Below, one piece after another: positions 1 through 12,305 of a stretch of DNA of 64,000 nt (its first letter is position 1; the number at the start of each line of letters is the position of its first letter). The DNA lies in NCBI GenBank assembly GCA_951406725.2, contig OX597817.1, forward strand, positions 125,178,001 through 125,242,000. The letters run 5' to 3'. This stretch comes from Octopus vulgaris (Eukaryota). Below the pieces are notes generated by a model, which searched no databases, was not told the origin of the DNA, and saw nothing but the letters and a program-made list of their open reading frames with translations. A program made the position numbers and the translations under genes.

Positions 1-1320
1 GTTGATGATGATGATGATGATGATGATATCTCACTACAATAATGAACGTACATCTCAAACTGTGCAATGAAACCTATAATTCATCATATTATAGGGGACA
101 CTAATGAAAACTTCAAACTTATGTAGTACATCCAACCCATAGGAGAATTTGAACTTGTTGTTATGAGTGAATGCGACAATCGGTTTATAACTTCAGCCAC
201 AGACTGAATGAAATGATGGTGATAAATTGTAAATAACCGATATCTCAATACTTTGTTCATTGCCTAAGCCCCCATGAGACAATATTCCTCCCATCATTAC
301 TTGAGATAAAATAAAAGGAAAATAAAATTACTGATTGTCTGATTGGCAAACCTTTGCTCACAGTCACTGACTTGCCATATCTATGTCTGTTTTCTTCTCT
401 AGTACTACAATGGTCTCAGATTCCTTTGAAATTGTTTGCTATATGTTGCTTTCCTCTAAACATACATATGAAGCTAACATGAGTGTATCGACATGGTCAC
501 TTGAACTGCAAGAAGTAACAACTAAATCTTACATGAATTACATATTGTTTCATATTTTTGCAACCCAAAATCTATAATAATATTATTAAGAATAATATTT
601 AGAATAATGATGGCTGCCCCCTCATTATCGAGTATGGCCATTGCATGAAGCTTAACTGTTATTGGTACTGTGATCGAATGTGATTTTTATTTGCTTTTTA
701 AGGCTACAGCCAGCCATTCAGTTGAGACTCACAGCACCATCAACAATCATGAACAATGTTGTTATCATGCAATGCCTGTGCAAGAAGATTTTTTTTAAAG
801 TGAGGAAAGGCTGTGCACTGAGTCAATCCCACTCACTAAGCAACAGCAGCCATAATCCAAAAAGAAGAACAAGTCAACATCATCGGTAACCACTGAGCCG
901 CAGGTTTTATGTCAGAGTTATCCCAGTTACCTGAGTTACCTTCTCGTAGAAGGATGCCCTAACAAAGGATAGGAGTCCTTCACTCCCAATGGTTTAACTG
1001 CATGATCGGGTATTAAGTCCGATTATTTCTATGTCCCCGCGCATGATACAGCCTTAAGCCTTAAGAAAAATAAAAAATTACACATTTATTGGATGGCCAT
1101 TGACTCTCAAGAGTTCCTCTGCCCTTTGACGGGTTTTGTTTTTCATCCCGCAGGGTGTCCAATAAACACCCTCCTCACCAAGCAAGCTTGGTGGGGTTGC
1201 CAGTTTAGTCGCCAAGAGCCCGACTATGCAACAGGTTGTACTGGGTTACATGTTACCAGTAGCACTCGAAAGTGACCTGACATAAATTTAAAATAATAAT
1301 ATTCTTATTATCATCATTTA

Positions 1321-1830
1321 AGGCAGCAAGCTGGGGGAATTGTTAGCATCCTGAGCAAAATTCTTAGTAACGTTTTGTCCTTCTTTATTTTTATTTATTT
1401 ATGTGCCCTTTTCAAGCCTAGCCAGGCTCATGGGCCTGGTTTCCCAGTTTCTGTGGCGTATGTGTTCCTCCTAGCTGACGGGACACCAGTCCATTGCAGC
1501 ATTATTCAAGAAACAAGAAGAAAGAGTGAGAGAAAGTTGGGGTGAAAGAGTACAACAGGGATCGCCACCACCCCTGCCAGAGCCTCGTGGAGCTTTTAGG
1601 TGTTTTCGCTCAATAAACTCGCACAATGCCCAGTCTGGGAATTGAAACCACGATCCTCTGACCATGAGTCCGCTGCCCGAACCACTGGGCCATTGCGTCT
1701 CCACCCATCTTTATTTACTGAGATCGAATTCCGCAGAAATCAACTTTTCTTTTCATCCTTATGAACACTATTTAACCCCTTCCTTGAAATTGCTGGCCTT
1801 GCTCCAAAATTTTAAACCAATGATATTAAT
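1321..1830 (+). mobile_element. tRNA-derived SINE (family 'C', GGCGGCGAGCTGGCAG-type head), split by a nested SINE
   Basis: Head aggcagcaagctgggggaattgttagca at 1321, resuming after the insertion with gagatcgaattccgcagaaatcaacttt..tttcatcc; same family recurs at 4045-4255, 10570-10740, 14400-14610, 22350-22520, 32505-32718. Confidence 0.6.
1391..1703 (-). mobile_element. tRNA-derived SINE nested in the previous SINE, with target-site duplication
   Basis: Minus strand begins ggagacgcaaTGGCCCAGTGG (A box) .. GGTTTCAATTCC (B box) and ends in an A-rich (AAAT)n tail; flanked by cc(t/a)tctttattt on both sides. Confidence 0.75.
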
Positions 1831-1848
1831 AAAAATTATTATTATCAT

Positions 1849-2203
1849 AGATGCAGGAGTGGCTGTGTGGTAAGTAGCTTGCTAACCAACCACATGGTTC
1901 CGGGTTCAGTCACACTGCATGGCATCTTGGGCAAGTGTCTTCTGCTATAGCCCCGGGCCGACCAATGCCTTGTGAGTGGATTTGGTAGGTGGAAACTGAA
2001 AGAAGCCTGTCATATATATGTATATATATGTGTGTGTGTGTTTGTGTGTCTGTGTTTGTCCCCCTAGCGGTTTGGCAAAAGAGACCGATAGAATAAGTAC
2101 TGGGTTTACAAAGAATAAGTCCCGGGGTCGATTTGCTCGACTAGAGGCGGTGCACCAGCTTGGCCACAGTCAAATGACTGAAACAAGTAAAAGAGAGAGA
2201 GTA
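1849..2203 (+). mobile_element. tRNA-derived SINE (family 'A', GCAGGAGTGGCTGTGTGGTAAG head)
   Basis: A/B boxes tggctgtgtgg / gggttcagtc, central cttgggcaagtgtctt, internal TA/TG tract, tail gactgaaacaagtaaaagag; closely similar copies at 26030 and 44968. Confidence 0.85.
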
Positions 2204-2336
2204 TAATGACAAAGTTGACTTTGCTTTTCAAACTTTCAGAGTTGAAGAATAAGTACCAGTTGAGTACTAGGATAGTTGTAACTCACTTGCTCCATCTGCC
2301 TACTGTTCCTGATACCATGCCAAAATTCGAAACCAA

Positions 2337-2373
<37 letters not shown>

Positions 2374-3319
2374 CATTTCACTAAACTAAAAAACTGGGTC
2401 TGTACATCAATTTGTCGACTATTTCTGCTAATAATGTTAAACCATCTTCAGAGCTTCATATAACTGCAGTTAGATTCCAGAGGATACACACAGAGGTATT
2501 TCTTTTAATGTCAAACCAGAATACAAGAAAGACATTACAAGTGAGTAATGTCAACTATGTCTACCAAGCCAGATATTGTTGTAGTTGACATATTGAGTGA
2601 TATACTCTTGTGAAATACTATGTTTACACTGATTCTTGTAAAAAGCTGAAATTGATTATGTAAGTTATGACAATGGGAAACTTCTGACTGAAATACAGTT
2701 TTTTGTAAGAAATGACAAGGTTTTCAATAGCAAAAAAAATTATATATTTTTTATATTTGTTTTCCATTCACTTTCCTTGAATGACAAGTGTGTGTGTAGA
2801 TGTGTTTGTGTGTGTGTGATAGTGTGTGTGAATGTGCATGTGTTGGTGTGTGTGTATGTGACTTGTTATTTTATGAAGGCAAAACAACTCCTGGAATTGT
2901 GAAGGAAAGTGAAAAATTATGTTGTGATGATGTAGTATAAACTAATCAATAGAAGCTGTATATTTTCAAATGATATTCATGACATAAAGTATGAAGGGAA
3001 ATAAAAAAACATGTTCTATTTCATTGCAATATCAATGATTATAAGAACCATGGACAGGCAGAGTTGGTAGTGCATCGTATGTCATACCTTATGTTATTTA
3101 GGTACACATCTCAATGCTTTGATTTTGAATCCTGCCAATTTTGACTACACAATTTATCCTTTTGGGGTTAAAATATTAGACAAGTTAGGAATTGAGAATA
3201 CCCTACCCCAAAATTTGAGATTTATGTCAGATATCAACGACGATAATAAGAACAACAGTATCAACGATAATGATATTAGCGTGTATATGAGGCAGAAGCT
3301 GCCATAGCGTCATGGTACG

Positions 3320-4010
3320 CAAAAGTAATATTGACAGGTTATATTTAGCAAGGAAGGAAAGAGGAAAATATTTGTTAAATGCAGATGTCACCATCAATAC
3401 AGTAATTTAGGGTCTGAAAAAACAATGTTGTGTTACTATGAGGAAAGACTGTTATTTGTAGACTTGAAATGAGAGAAAAAATGTGATGCAAACATGAAGC
3501 AGAGGCTGTCATGATAAATGATAATTACAAGATTTTATAGACTTTTCATGAGTTATATTATTGAAGCAATGAGACCAGATATTATTGAGGGGGACTGTGC
3601 AACAAAGGAAGGCTTCTTTATGTATTGGAAAATAATTTGTTACATTAATAGGAAAGTTGTTCATGCAATACAATTAATGGAAACATTCAGATGAAACAGT
3701 GTACTATGTCACATGCAGAAAGTCTTTGTTAGAAATTCAACATTTGTAATAATTTTTACATGTCAAATACATATTCAGATGCCATGATGTATCTACTTAT
3801 TTACCCATTCCAGATTGAATAATCAGCTGTGAAAAGAGCTATTTAGGAGAGAGTACACCAACTCAACCTAAAGACATTGAAATTTTAGAGCTCAGTTTAT
3901 CCATGCTGGAAAGATCAAGTAGAAATTCACTTCAATATATCTGATCTCAAAATCCAGAAGGCCATAGCTAAATGTTACAAAACGTTTTAGCTATTGCTCC
4001 ACTATTTTTG
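3320..4010 (+). pseudogene. Degraded Dong/R4-type non-LTR retrotransposon, post-RT region
   Basis: agtaatattgacaggttatatttagcaaggaaggaaagagga reads SNIDRLYLARKERG, matching the 'DRLYxxRxxGGRGL' motif of restriction-endonuclease LINEs; many stops and frameshifts. Confidence 0.55.
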
Positions 4011-6399
4011 TGATCAACTGCACAAATAATATTCAAAATAATAATCCTTTCTAATTTTTATACTAGGTAAGTAATTTTGATGGAGAGGGGAATTGATTAC
4101 AATGGCCCCAGAGCCTGACTGGCACTTATTTCATTAACTTCCAAAAAGATGTAAGGCAAAGTCAACCTTAGCAACATTTGAACTCAGATTGTAAAACTAG
4201 AAGAAAAGCTTTACATCATTTGCCTGGTGTACCAATGATTCTGCCAGTTCACTGTGTAATATTTTGAATAATAAAAATTTCTAACATAAAACAAGATTAG
4301 AATGAAGTACCAATTAAACTGGCTCCAGCACTTGACAGGTACTTTATTCTGTTGACCACCCCTAAAACTAAATAAAAGCAAAGTTAACATTGGTAGGATT
4401 TGAAACAAGGAATGCAAAGTGAGAGAACAACCATCACGAGACATTTGGTCTGATGCTTTAACTATTCTTCTACCTTCAATATTAGTAACAAAAGTAACAA
4501 ATGAAGAAAGAGAAAGCTTGCTAGCATACTAATAGCAATATGCTTCTTAATATCAACTATCCTCAATACACTAATGAAGTTACTGTAGATTTGATTGGAA
4601 ATGAATATTTATTAGTGACTGCAAATGGTACTGTTAAATACAAATATTAAACAATGTCTGAATCGTAAAATAGAGAAATGACACTTTATTTATTCTAATT
4701 TGAATTCTCTTTTTTCTTCTCAGAACTGAGTAGATACCATGGTTGTATCACAACAAAATAGACTAATATTTGATCTCCCTGCATAACAATTTGAACAAAT
4801 GTCACCTGCCATGGCCCCAGGTTAATCTAAGTATTTAAGATGTATTTTGAGAAAAGGGAAATCAAACCCGTTATATATAAATACTGATAGGTAAATATAG
4901 ATATAGCTACATAAGATGCACCGAAAGTAATGTGATATTTGGCTCTTAAAAGGTAGCATTCTTTATGGTGAGGTCAAACTTGCAGTTCTAAAAAGGGTAA
5001 GGAAGTTAATATAATCACTTAAAAATTTTGAAACCTGCAGTCCAAGGAATGAATGGAATGATCCAAAGAATATGCATACATACATGGCACTCTCCACATC
5101 AGATGTGCAGGCATAATGAACCAGTCAAAAAGACTTTTTTTAATGCCTTCTTAAACAATTATATTGCTTTTTCCAGTATAAATCAGTTACTGGTTTATCT
5201 TACTATACTTTTTGTTAAGGCTGATAGTAATAAAAACAATGCCAACATGAAAAATAATAGAAGCAGTAACACAACACCTGTAAGTTATTTGAGGTGACAT
5301 AAGTACTCTTCTAACTTCACCTGGTCTTTACATTGAAATCAAGATCTACTTTGGCACACTAAAAATGCCCAAGAAGACCCTTCCTAAAAATTAACAGGAC
5401 GAAGTTCACTCAAATTTTCAGTATTCTCTTACAAGATAGTGTTGGCATCAAACACCTTCCTTTGTCAAAATATGACTATCAAAGATAACATTTATTGTTC
5501 CAACTCTTGTGATGATATTCAATCTTCTCAGTGTACTGAAAACACTCCAAAATCTGCCATAAAATGGTTGACACTAATGTAAACAAATTGCTGCTGCCAT
5601 TACTAAACCCCCATATATCTTCACATGTAAATGACATAACAGAGATGATTGTGGAAAATATTCTACTGAAGAACATTAAGTAGTTGCTGAGTGACAGGCC
5701 ATTCATAACAAGATTAAGGAAAAAGCTAACTGCTCTCATAATAAAGTTATCAAGAATGTTCCTGGAGAGCACATGCAATCATGTGACTATAATTACTGGC
5801 CTGTACACAGCTGCATTACACATGAATAAGAGTTAGGGAAAACCAGCAACAAACATGCTACTGAAATTAGTAAATGGAAGCAACCCAGTGAAAAATAAAA
5901 CTTGGAGAAAATATCAACAAACTGTGCAATTATCCTGGATGATTGACCATGATAATAAAATGTAAGGGGAATAATGACTTCATGCCTTACCAATTACATC
6001 TTTTGTAAATATCAACAAACCTCTATGAGGACTCTTCACACTAGTTCATGACAGAAAACTAATTATTCTAAAATTCAGAACTCTCAGTGTAAAACTTTCT
6101 TATTGTAGGAAAATGTTCGAATGAGCTGGTTTAAATCTCATGTTTGTTTCCAATTTACAAACACTATGTCAAACAAATAAGGAAGAAAAACATTACCATT
6201 AAGAAATCCCCATCTAAGGAAGATTATGGATCTTTTAGGTCTAAGATTTGGAAAGAAAAGAGAAATTTTAATTAGAATGCAACATCAACAGTAAAACATA
6301 TACAGTCAACTCTGAAAATTTCACGATAACTGAAGACAAGCTACATATCAAGAAAGCAAGGCACTTAGTATTTCGATACTGGTACAGTAGTCCGACTTC

Positions 6400-6970
6400 T
6401 ACAGAAATACATTAATTTGTATGTTCAAAAGTCTACTGAAAGCTTGATTTACATACCAACTTGGCTTGTTATAGAACAGATGAATCTTGTAGGCAAAAAC
6501 AAAAGCACCAACATATTGGCAATAAATTATAAGCCAGTTGTTAGCCTGAACATTAATGCCATGCTTTATACAGCAGATGGAAAGGAGTGTGGGGATGTGC
6601 CAAGCAACTTTTGATAAATATAGCTGTGCAGTTCAAAGTAAGAAATCATCGCAGAATCTTTATAACAATATGGTTTGATTATAGAAAATCATTTGACTCT
6701 ATATTCCACAGATGGTTGTTGCAGTCTCAACATACAGCAAAAGTATCTGCTACATTAATCATGGTCAGAGAAAATTTCACAAAGACCTGGCAACAATCTT
6801 TAGCCTTACAACTGAGAGTAGAATGCTTGTCTTCAGTATCATAGATATTTCGAAAGGAATATTCCAAAGGGATAATATTTCTAAAATCTTATATATTTTA
6901 GTGTTAAATCACTTCTTTTACAAAGTACAATGGCTAAATGCTAAGGCCTATGAAAGCACTTATTGGTGAG
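6400..6970 (+). pseudogene. Dong/R4-type reverse transcriptase fragment (element may extend upstream to ~5000)
   Basis: ORFs 6587-6844 and 6712-6969 contain QLLIN..WFDYRKSFDSIFHRWL (RT motif A) and KGIFQRDNISKILYILVLN (motif B, GIFQGDxLSP-like). Confidence 0.75.
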
Positions 6971-7135
6971 AGAATTTTGCAGTCTTTATCAGTCATGACA
7001 CTTCTAAAATATAACAATATATTTTATTTGTCTATTTAATAGCAGGATTTGTTGGGGAAAAAAATGCAGAAAATGGGGATCTAAATGTCAGTGTGGCAAA
7101 GATGAAACTATTATATATGCAGGAGAGATAGATAT

Positions 7136-7152
7136 AGATAGATGTAAATAAT

Positions 7153-7229
<77 letters not shown>

Positions 7230-7312
7230 GCATGAATGGATGGATGGATGGATAGATAAATAGAAAGATAGATAGATAGATAGACAGACAGATAGACAGA
7301 TAGAGGGAGACA
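7136..7312. repeat. (GATA)n/(GGAT)n/(GACA)n compound microsatellite
   Basis: Direct reading. Confidence 0.95.
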
Positions 7313-8003
7313 GAGAGAATGAAAGAGCATTTGCCAAGTAGCCTTACTCAATATACAGAATATAGAAAACCAAGACCTTGATGCAATGGGGCAAATAGAA
7401 ATTGTACACCTTGTAGTACAGGCGATTTGGGAATCTCAGCTTCAGATGTGATGGATGCATAGGAATTACTTCAACCGCATTATAATGACACCGAATTTCA
7501 TAGTGCACTCAATAACGTACCTACTCCTTTTTGAATATAAATGTAAGAAAATAATTGTCTCTGGAGTAATCCATAGCTTTAATCGAGAAGATTTATGATC
7601 AGAGGCATAGAATTCCATGCCAATCCTGCCCTGTCTTTTCATAAATTCATTTTAGATTTACATATCATCCAATAGTCTCTTTCATCTTTTTACAGGTAGC
7701 ATAGTACAGTGTTTGATTTGGCTGATATTTTTAAAAGGATGAATGGCTACACAGAAGTTCCTGCAGTGGATCATTTCTGGAAATATTTCTTCTTTTGGCA
7801 ATAATTAGATTTTATCTGCATGTAAAATAAAGACTCTTTAAAGTATGGGTAAAAAGTGTGGTGTTGCATGATAGAGAGAGATATGCACTAAATGTGGAAG
7901 ATCTGAGAAATGTAAGACTAAGGTGAGCTTTATACAAACAGTGGTGTGTGTCTGTGTGTATATATACTTGTGTGTGGGAGTATGTGTTTGTGTATGTGTG
8001 TAC

Positions 8004-8053
<50 letters not shown>

Positions 8054-8618
8054 AAATGAACTGAGGGAGCAGATGGGCACTAAAGACATTAGCCAAAACT
8101 GTGAAGGAAAACAGGATCACTGGTGTGCACAATTGATGTACATAAATGAATTATAATAGGGTAAAAGTGTTGTGTATTATCAGCGTGGGATGCTGATTAA
8201 TATTGAAGACCAAGGAAGATGAGAGAAAAAAGTGGTGATGTGGGATCATGAGAAAATTAACTTCACATAAAGGAAAACAAGGGACTGCGATGAGTCTCTG
8301 TATGTTCTAAACCTCCAGAAACCATGATGAAAGAACTGGTTAGTTGAATATACTTTATGATAGAAAAGTCTACCTTATATTTGTATGGGAAAAACGCACA
8401 TTTAAAATGTTCACAATAACAATGATGATGATGTTGATGATGTTGATGATGATGATGATGATTCTGGTAATGTTACTGACATACAATGCAAAACATCTTT
8501 TTCCCAGTGTCCATTTTTATCAAATGGTAAATTCAGGTTTTGTTCAGTAAAGTTTGACTTTCATCTTTCTTAGGTTAGATAAAATACCAATCAAGTACAG
8601 GGATCAATTCCTCTTTTC

Positions 8619-8678
<60 letters not shown>

Positions 8679-9354
8679 TCTAAATAGCTTAAGGTGTACA
8701 TTGATGAGGGCCATGAGACACTGCTCATAGAAACCATTTTTTTTTCAAGAATGGAGGAAAAAGCATTGTGCAAGGGACAAATAATATCTCATAGAAAAGC
8801 TGATACATTACTGAAACCATTAAGCAAAGGACCAAAGTACAGTACAGTGCAAAGTAAAAATAAAGAAAAAAATATTTATATATTTTCACAAAGGTATATA
8901 AATCATAATAATTATGATGAAGAAAATTTTCAAATCAGGGAATGGAAATAGAGATATGTAGATTGTGCAGGTCCATGCAAATAAGGCATTTCACCACCAC
9001 CACCACCACCACCGCCATCTTCATCATTATCTTTTATTCCTTTTGATCTCCAGCTTAAGTGTGTGTGTGTGTGCACGCACACACATATGTGTCTATACCA
9101 TCATCATTTTCACTTTATCTTCATTTTTCCATACTTGCATGGGTCAGGCAGGCTTTTGTCAGGGCAGATTTTCTACAGGCAGCTGATTTTCCTGCTGCCA
9201 ATCCTCACCTGCTTCTAACAACATCACTTATATGATGACAATGATGCTTATTTGCAATCACATTGTGATGTCTAGACAAAGATACACACAGTTACACATA
9301 TATACATGATTAAATACATATGTATGCTTATCTATTCCTTTTTCCCTCTGTCTG

Positions 9355-9490
9355 TTCATCCATCCATCCATCAATCTATCAATCCATCTATGCATCCATC
9401 CATCCAGTCAATCCATCCATCCACCCATCCAACTATCCATCCATCTATCCATCCATCCATCCATCCATCCATCCATCCATCCATCCATCC

Positions 9491-9540
<50 letters not shown>
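9355..9540. repeat. (CCAT)n/(CTAT)n microsatellite
   Basis: Direct reading. Confidence 0.95.
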
Positions 9541-9740
9541 GTGTTTATACATGTACGTGAGGTGTGTATGTATCATATAAATATATATATATCTGACAAT
9601 CATGTAAGTATATAAACAAATTTGGATTTGTCTTTTTAGAAGCATCAAATGTGTTTCATATGATGCAAACAAGAAAGCGATATTTTGAATGCAGTATTGC
9701 CATTAAAACAGCATATACATATACATATATATATATATAT

Positions 9741-10529
9741 CAGTGATGACTCTGGCACTTGGGCTGTTCAGGTTTAGCTTGAGTATAAATTTAGTAAAGT
9801 GAACATGTATTTACGTGCTGATTTAATTTCTGCCAACACTAACTTCAAGTATGTAATTGCAGCCAATAACTTGGGCTCCTTCTGTTGAGCCTGGTCACAG
9901 TTCATTTATTTTCATTCAGCATCTGGTGGTCACCTTAGAGGTCTCTTGTGTCAAAAAATATCATTTATAGCAGATGTTCTCTCGACATCATTCACATGTG
10001 CCTGACTTAGTCTCAGAAGTTACAACCTGAGTTGTTATCTATAATCATAAAAATTGATAGTAATTCAAATTCAATGTTCTTTTCAAGCAATAAATTTCTA
10101 TAGAGATTGGGATTTAAATTCCAATCCATGAAAAGTTTCCATTCTACAATATTCTTAAAGGAACGATGAATTATCTAGCAACTTGGGCTAATACGAATGG
10201 GCCTGGTAGGTGTCAAAGACTAAGTTGCATCTCTTGTCAAGAGTACAGGTGACAGTCAGATTGTTGGTGCTTGTTGTGCATTCCATTGTTGTTAGTTGAT
10301 TGTTGTTATTCTGTGCATCTGTGTGTGTAAAAATCAGTTATGTTTTGCAGGGTTGATTTATTTTTACCCCTAACTTACAAATTGAGAAAGACATAGTGCT
10401 AAATATAAAAAATAAGCCATTTGGGGCTAGAAATAAAGTGGAAAAATGTGAAATTCTTCGAGCTGGCATGTATCTTATGTGGAATCTGTGATGAGCCCAA
10501 GTGGTGTTGATGACCTGGAATCGCCTCTG
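9741..10529. mobile_element. Possible old non-autonomous DNA transposon (CAG..CTG termini) in a (TA)n tract
   Basis: Starts cagtgatgactc..cacttgggct; the end reverse-complements to cagaggcgattc..cacttgggct; (TA)n on both sides; TIR match is imperfect. Confidence 0.35.
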
Positions 10530-10844
10530 ATATATATATATAAGGCAGCAAACTGTCAAAGTAATTTTTGTGTCAGAAAAATGCTTGGCTGTATTTCATC
10601 CATCTTTATGTTCTGAGTTTAAATTCTGAAGTCAATTTTACCTTTCATCCTTTCAGAGTTGATAAAATAAGTACCTGTTGTGCTCAGGATTGAAGTAATT
10701 GACTGAAAAATTTGGCCTTGTGCTTATACAAGAAAGGATATATATAATGGGAAAGTTTACGAAAATAAACAAAAGACGAAGGCAGGTGGAGTACAAACAA
10801 ACAAATGTATTAGTATGGTGCTCAGGAATAGAAATAGAACAAGT

Positions 10845-10880
10845 CTTTTACGTTTCGAGCCTACGCTCTTCGACAGAAAG
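10845..10880 (-). ncRNA. Minimal hammerhead-like motif in a solo Penelope-type pseudo-LTR fragment (~10741-10940)
   Basis: Minus strand: cttt CTGTCGA a gagc gtag gctc GAAAC GTA aaag; stem I cttt/aaag, stem II gagc/gctc; core variant CUGUCGA; stem III only possible as a dimer through palindromic ACGT. Confidence 0.55.
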
Positions 10881-11059
10881 ATATACAGAAAAAAAACACA
10901 AAGAGAGAAACAAGGAGAGAAAAAAAATGCGTGTAGGAGCTATATATGTATTTGTGTATGTGTGTGTGTATGTATGTATGTATGTCTATTTATATATAAA
11001 ATATACATACACACACATGTGCGCACACACACATAGGTACATTAGTTTTGCATAATCAG

Positions 11060-11506
11060 CCCAAGCCCATTCAAAAGTACCTTGGATCATAGGGCAACCT
11101 GCTGTGCTTGAGGACACCTACTGAATCAAGTACATCATCAAAATGAAAATCAAATAGAAATTGTAGTTGTGATACCCGTGTCAGTGGCACATAAAAAGCA
11201 CCATCCGAACGTGGCCGATGCCAGATCCACCTTGACTCGCTTCTGTGCCGGTGGCATGTAAAAGGCACCAACCTATTGTAGCCATTGCTAACCTCCTCTG
11301 GCCCTTATGCTGGTGGCACATAAAAAGCACCCACTACACTCATGGAGTGGTTGGTGTTAGGAAGGGCATCCAACTGTAGAAACACTGCAACATCAGACTG
11401 GAGCCTGGTGCAGCCTCCTGGTTTCCCAGACCCCGGTTGAACCATCCAACCCATGCTAGCATGGAAAATGGACGTTAAACGATGATGATGATGATGATGA
11501 TGATGA
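11060..11506 (+). mobile_element. SINE-like repeat (family 'B') ending in a (GAT)n tail
   Basis: ..ttaggaagggcatccaactgtagaaac..caacccatgctagcatggaaaatggacgttaaac(gat)n; copies at 21220-21360, 30280-30428(-), 30717-31065(-), 35923-36112, 52617-52862(-), 60435-61000(-). Confidence 0.85.
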
Positions 11507-11889
11507 TATACATACATCACAAGAAAAAAGTATGAAAATGCCCAAATACAAATATCTAGTAACAGAGTTATGGTTATGCACAAGAATGGTTCCTATTGTT
11601 ATAGCAGCTTTAGGCTGATAAACAGAAACAGGTGTGAAAAGGGAAAAAAAGTAGTCCCCCCCCCCCTTAACCTAAGAACTGCACTTGTGACATTAAAATA
11701 TATATTTAGAAACTAAACAAGTAATCAATATATCCATCAAATATAAGGGTCAGGTCGATTTCTATTCCAATAATGCACTGTGGATATGAATAGAAATATA
11801 ATAGAAGACAAAGACTTATCACAAATAAGCTAACCTTAAACTGTTAAACCAACGACAAAGTAAACAATACTTTCTTGGTTCTAAATACC

Positions 11890-11944
<55 letters not shown>

Positions 11945-12305
11945 CGGTGGTGGTGGTGGTGGTGGTGGTTGTGGTGGTGGTGGAGGTGGTGGTAGTAGTA
12001 GTGGTGGTGGTGGTGGTGGCAGTAGTGGTGGCGGTGGTGGTAGTAGTAGTGGTGGCGGTGGTGGTAGTAGTAGTGGTGGTGGTGGTGGTGGTGGTGGTGA
12101 TGGTGGTGGTAGTAGTAGTAGCAGTAGTAGTAGTAGTGGAGGTAGTAGTAGTAGTAGTAGCAGCGGCAGTGGTGGTGGAGGTGACACTGGTTGTGGATTT
12201 GGTGGTAGCACTGGTAGTGGCACTGGTGGTGATACTGGAGGTGGTGGTAGTGGTGGTAGCGACAGCAACAGTGGCAGCAGTAACATTGGCAGTGTTGGCA
12301 GCAGT
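11890..12305. repeat. (GTA)n/(GTG)n/(GCA)n compound trinucleotide repeat
   Basis: Direct reading; source of the poly-T/V/P/L ORFs. Confidence 0.95.

Noticed and set aside
1640-1703. tRNA gene (also SINE heads at 1849, 39694, 44968, 62778)
   Set aside because: A/B boxes continue into repeat bodies and tails; I could not fold a complete cloverleaf
4724-4820. Plus-strand exon after a strong acceptor (ttttcttctcag)
   Set aside because: Stops in all three frames and a weak donor
7350-7525. Possible coding exon (CNGANRNCTPCSTG..)
   Set aside because: Short, stop-bounded in all frames and without clear splice signals
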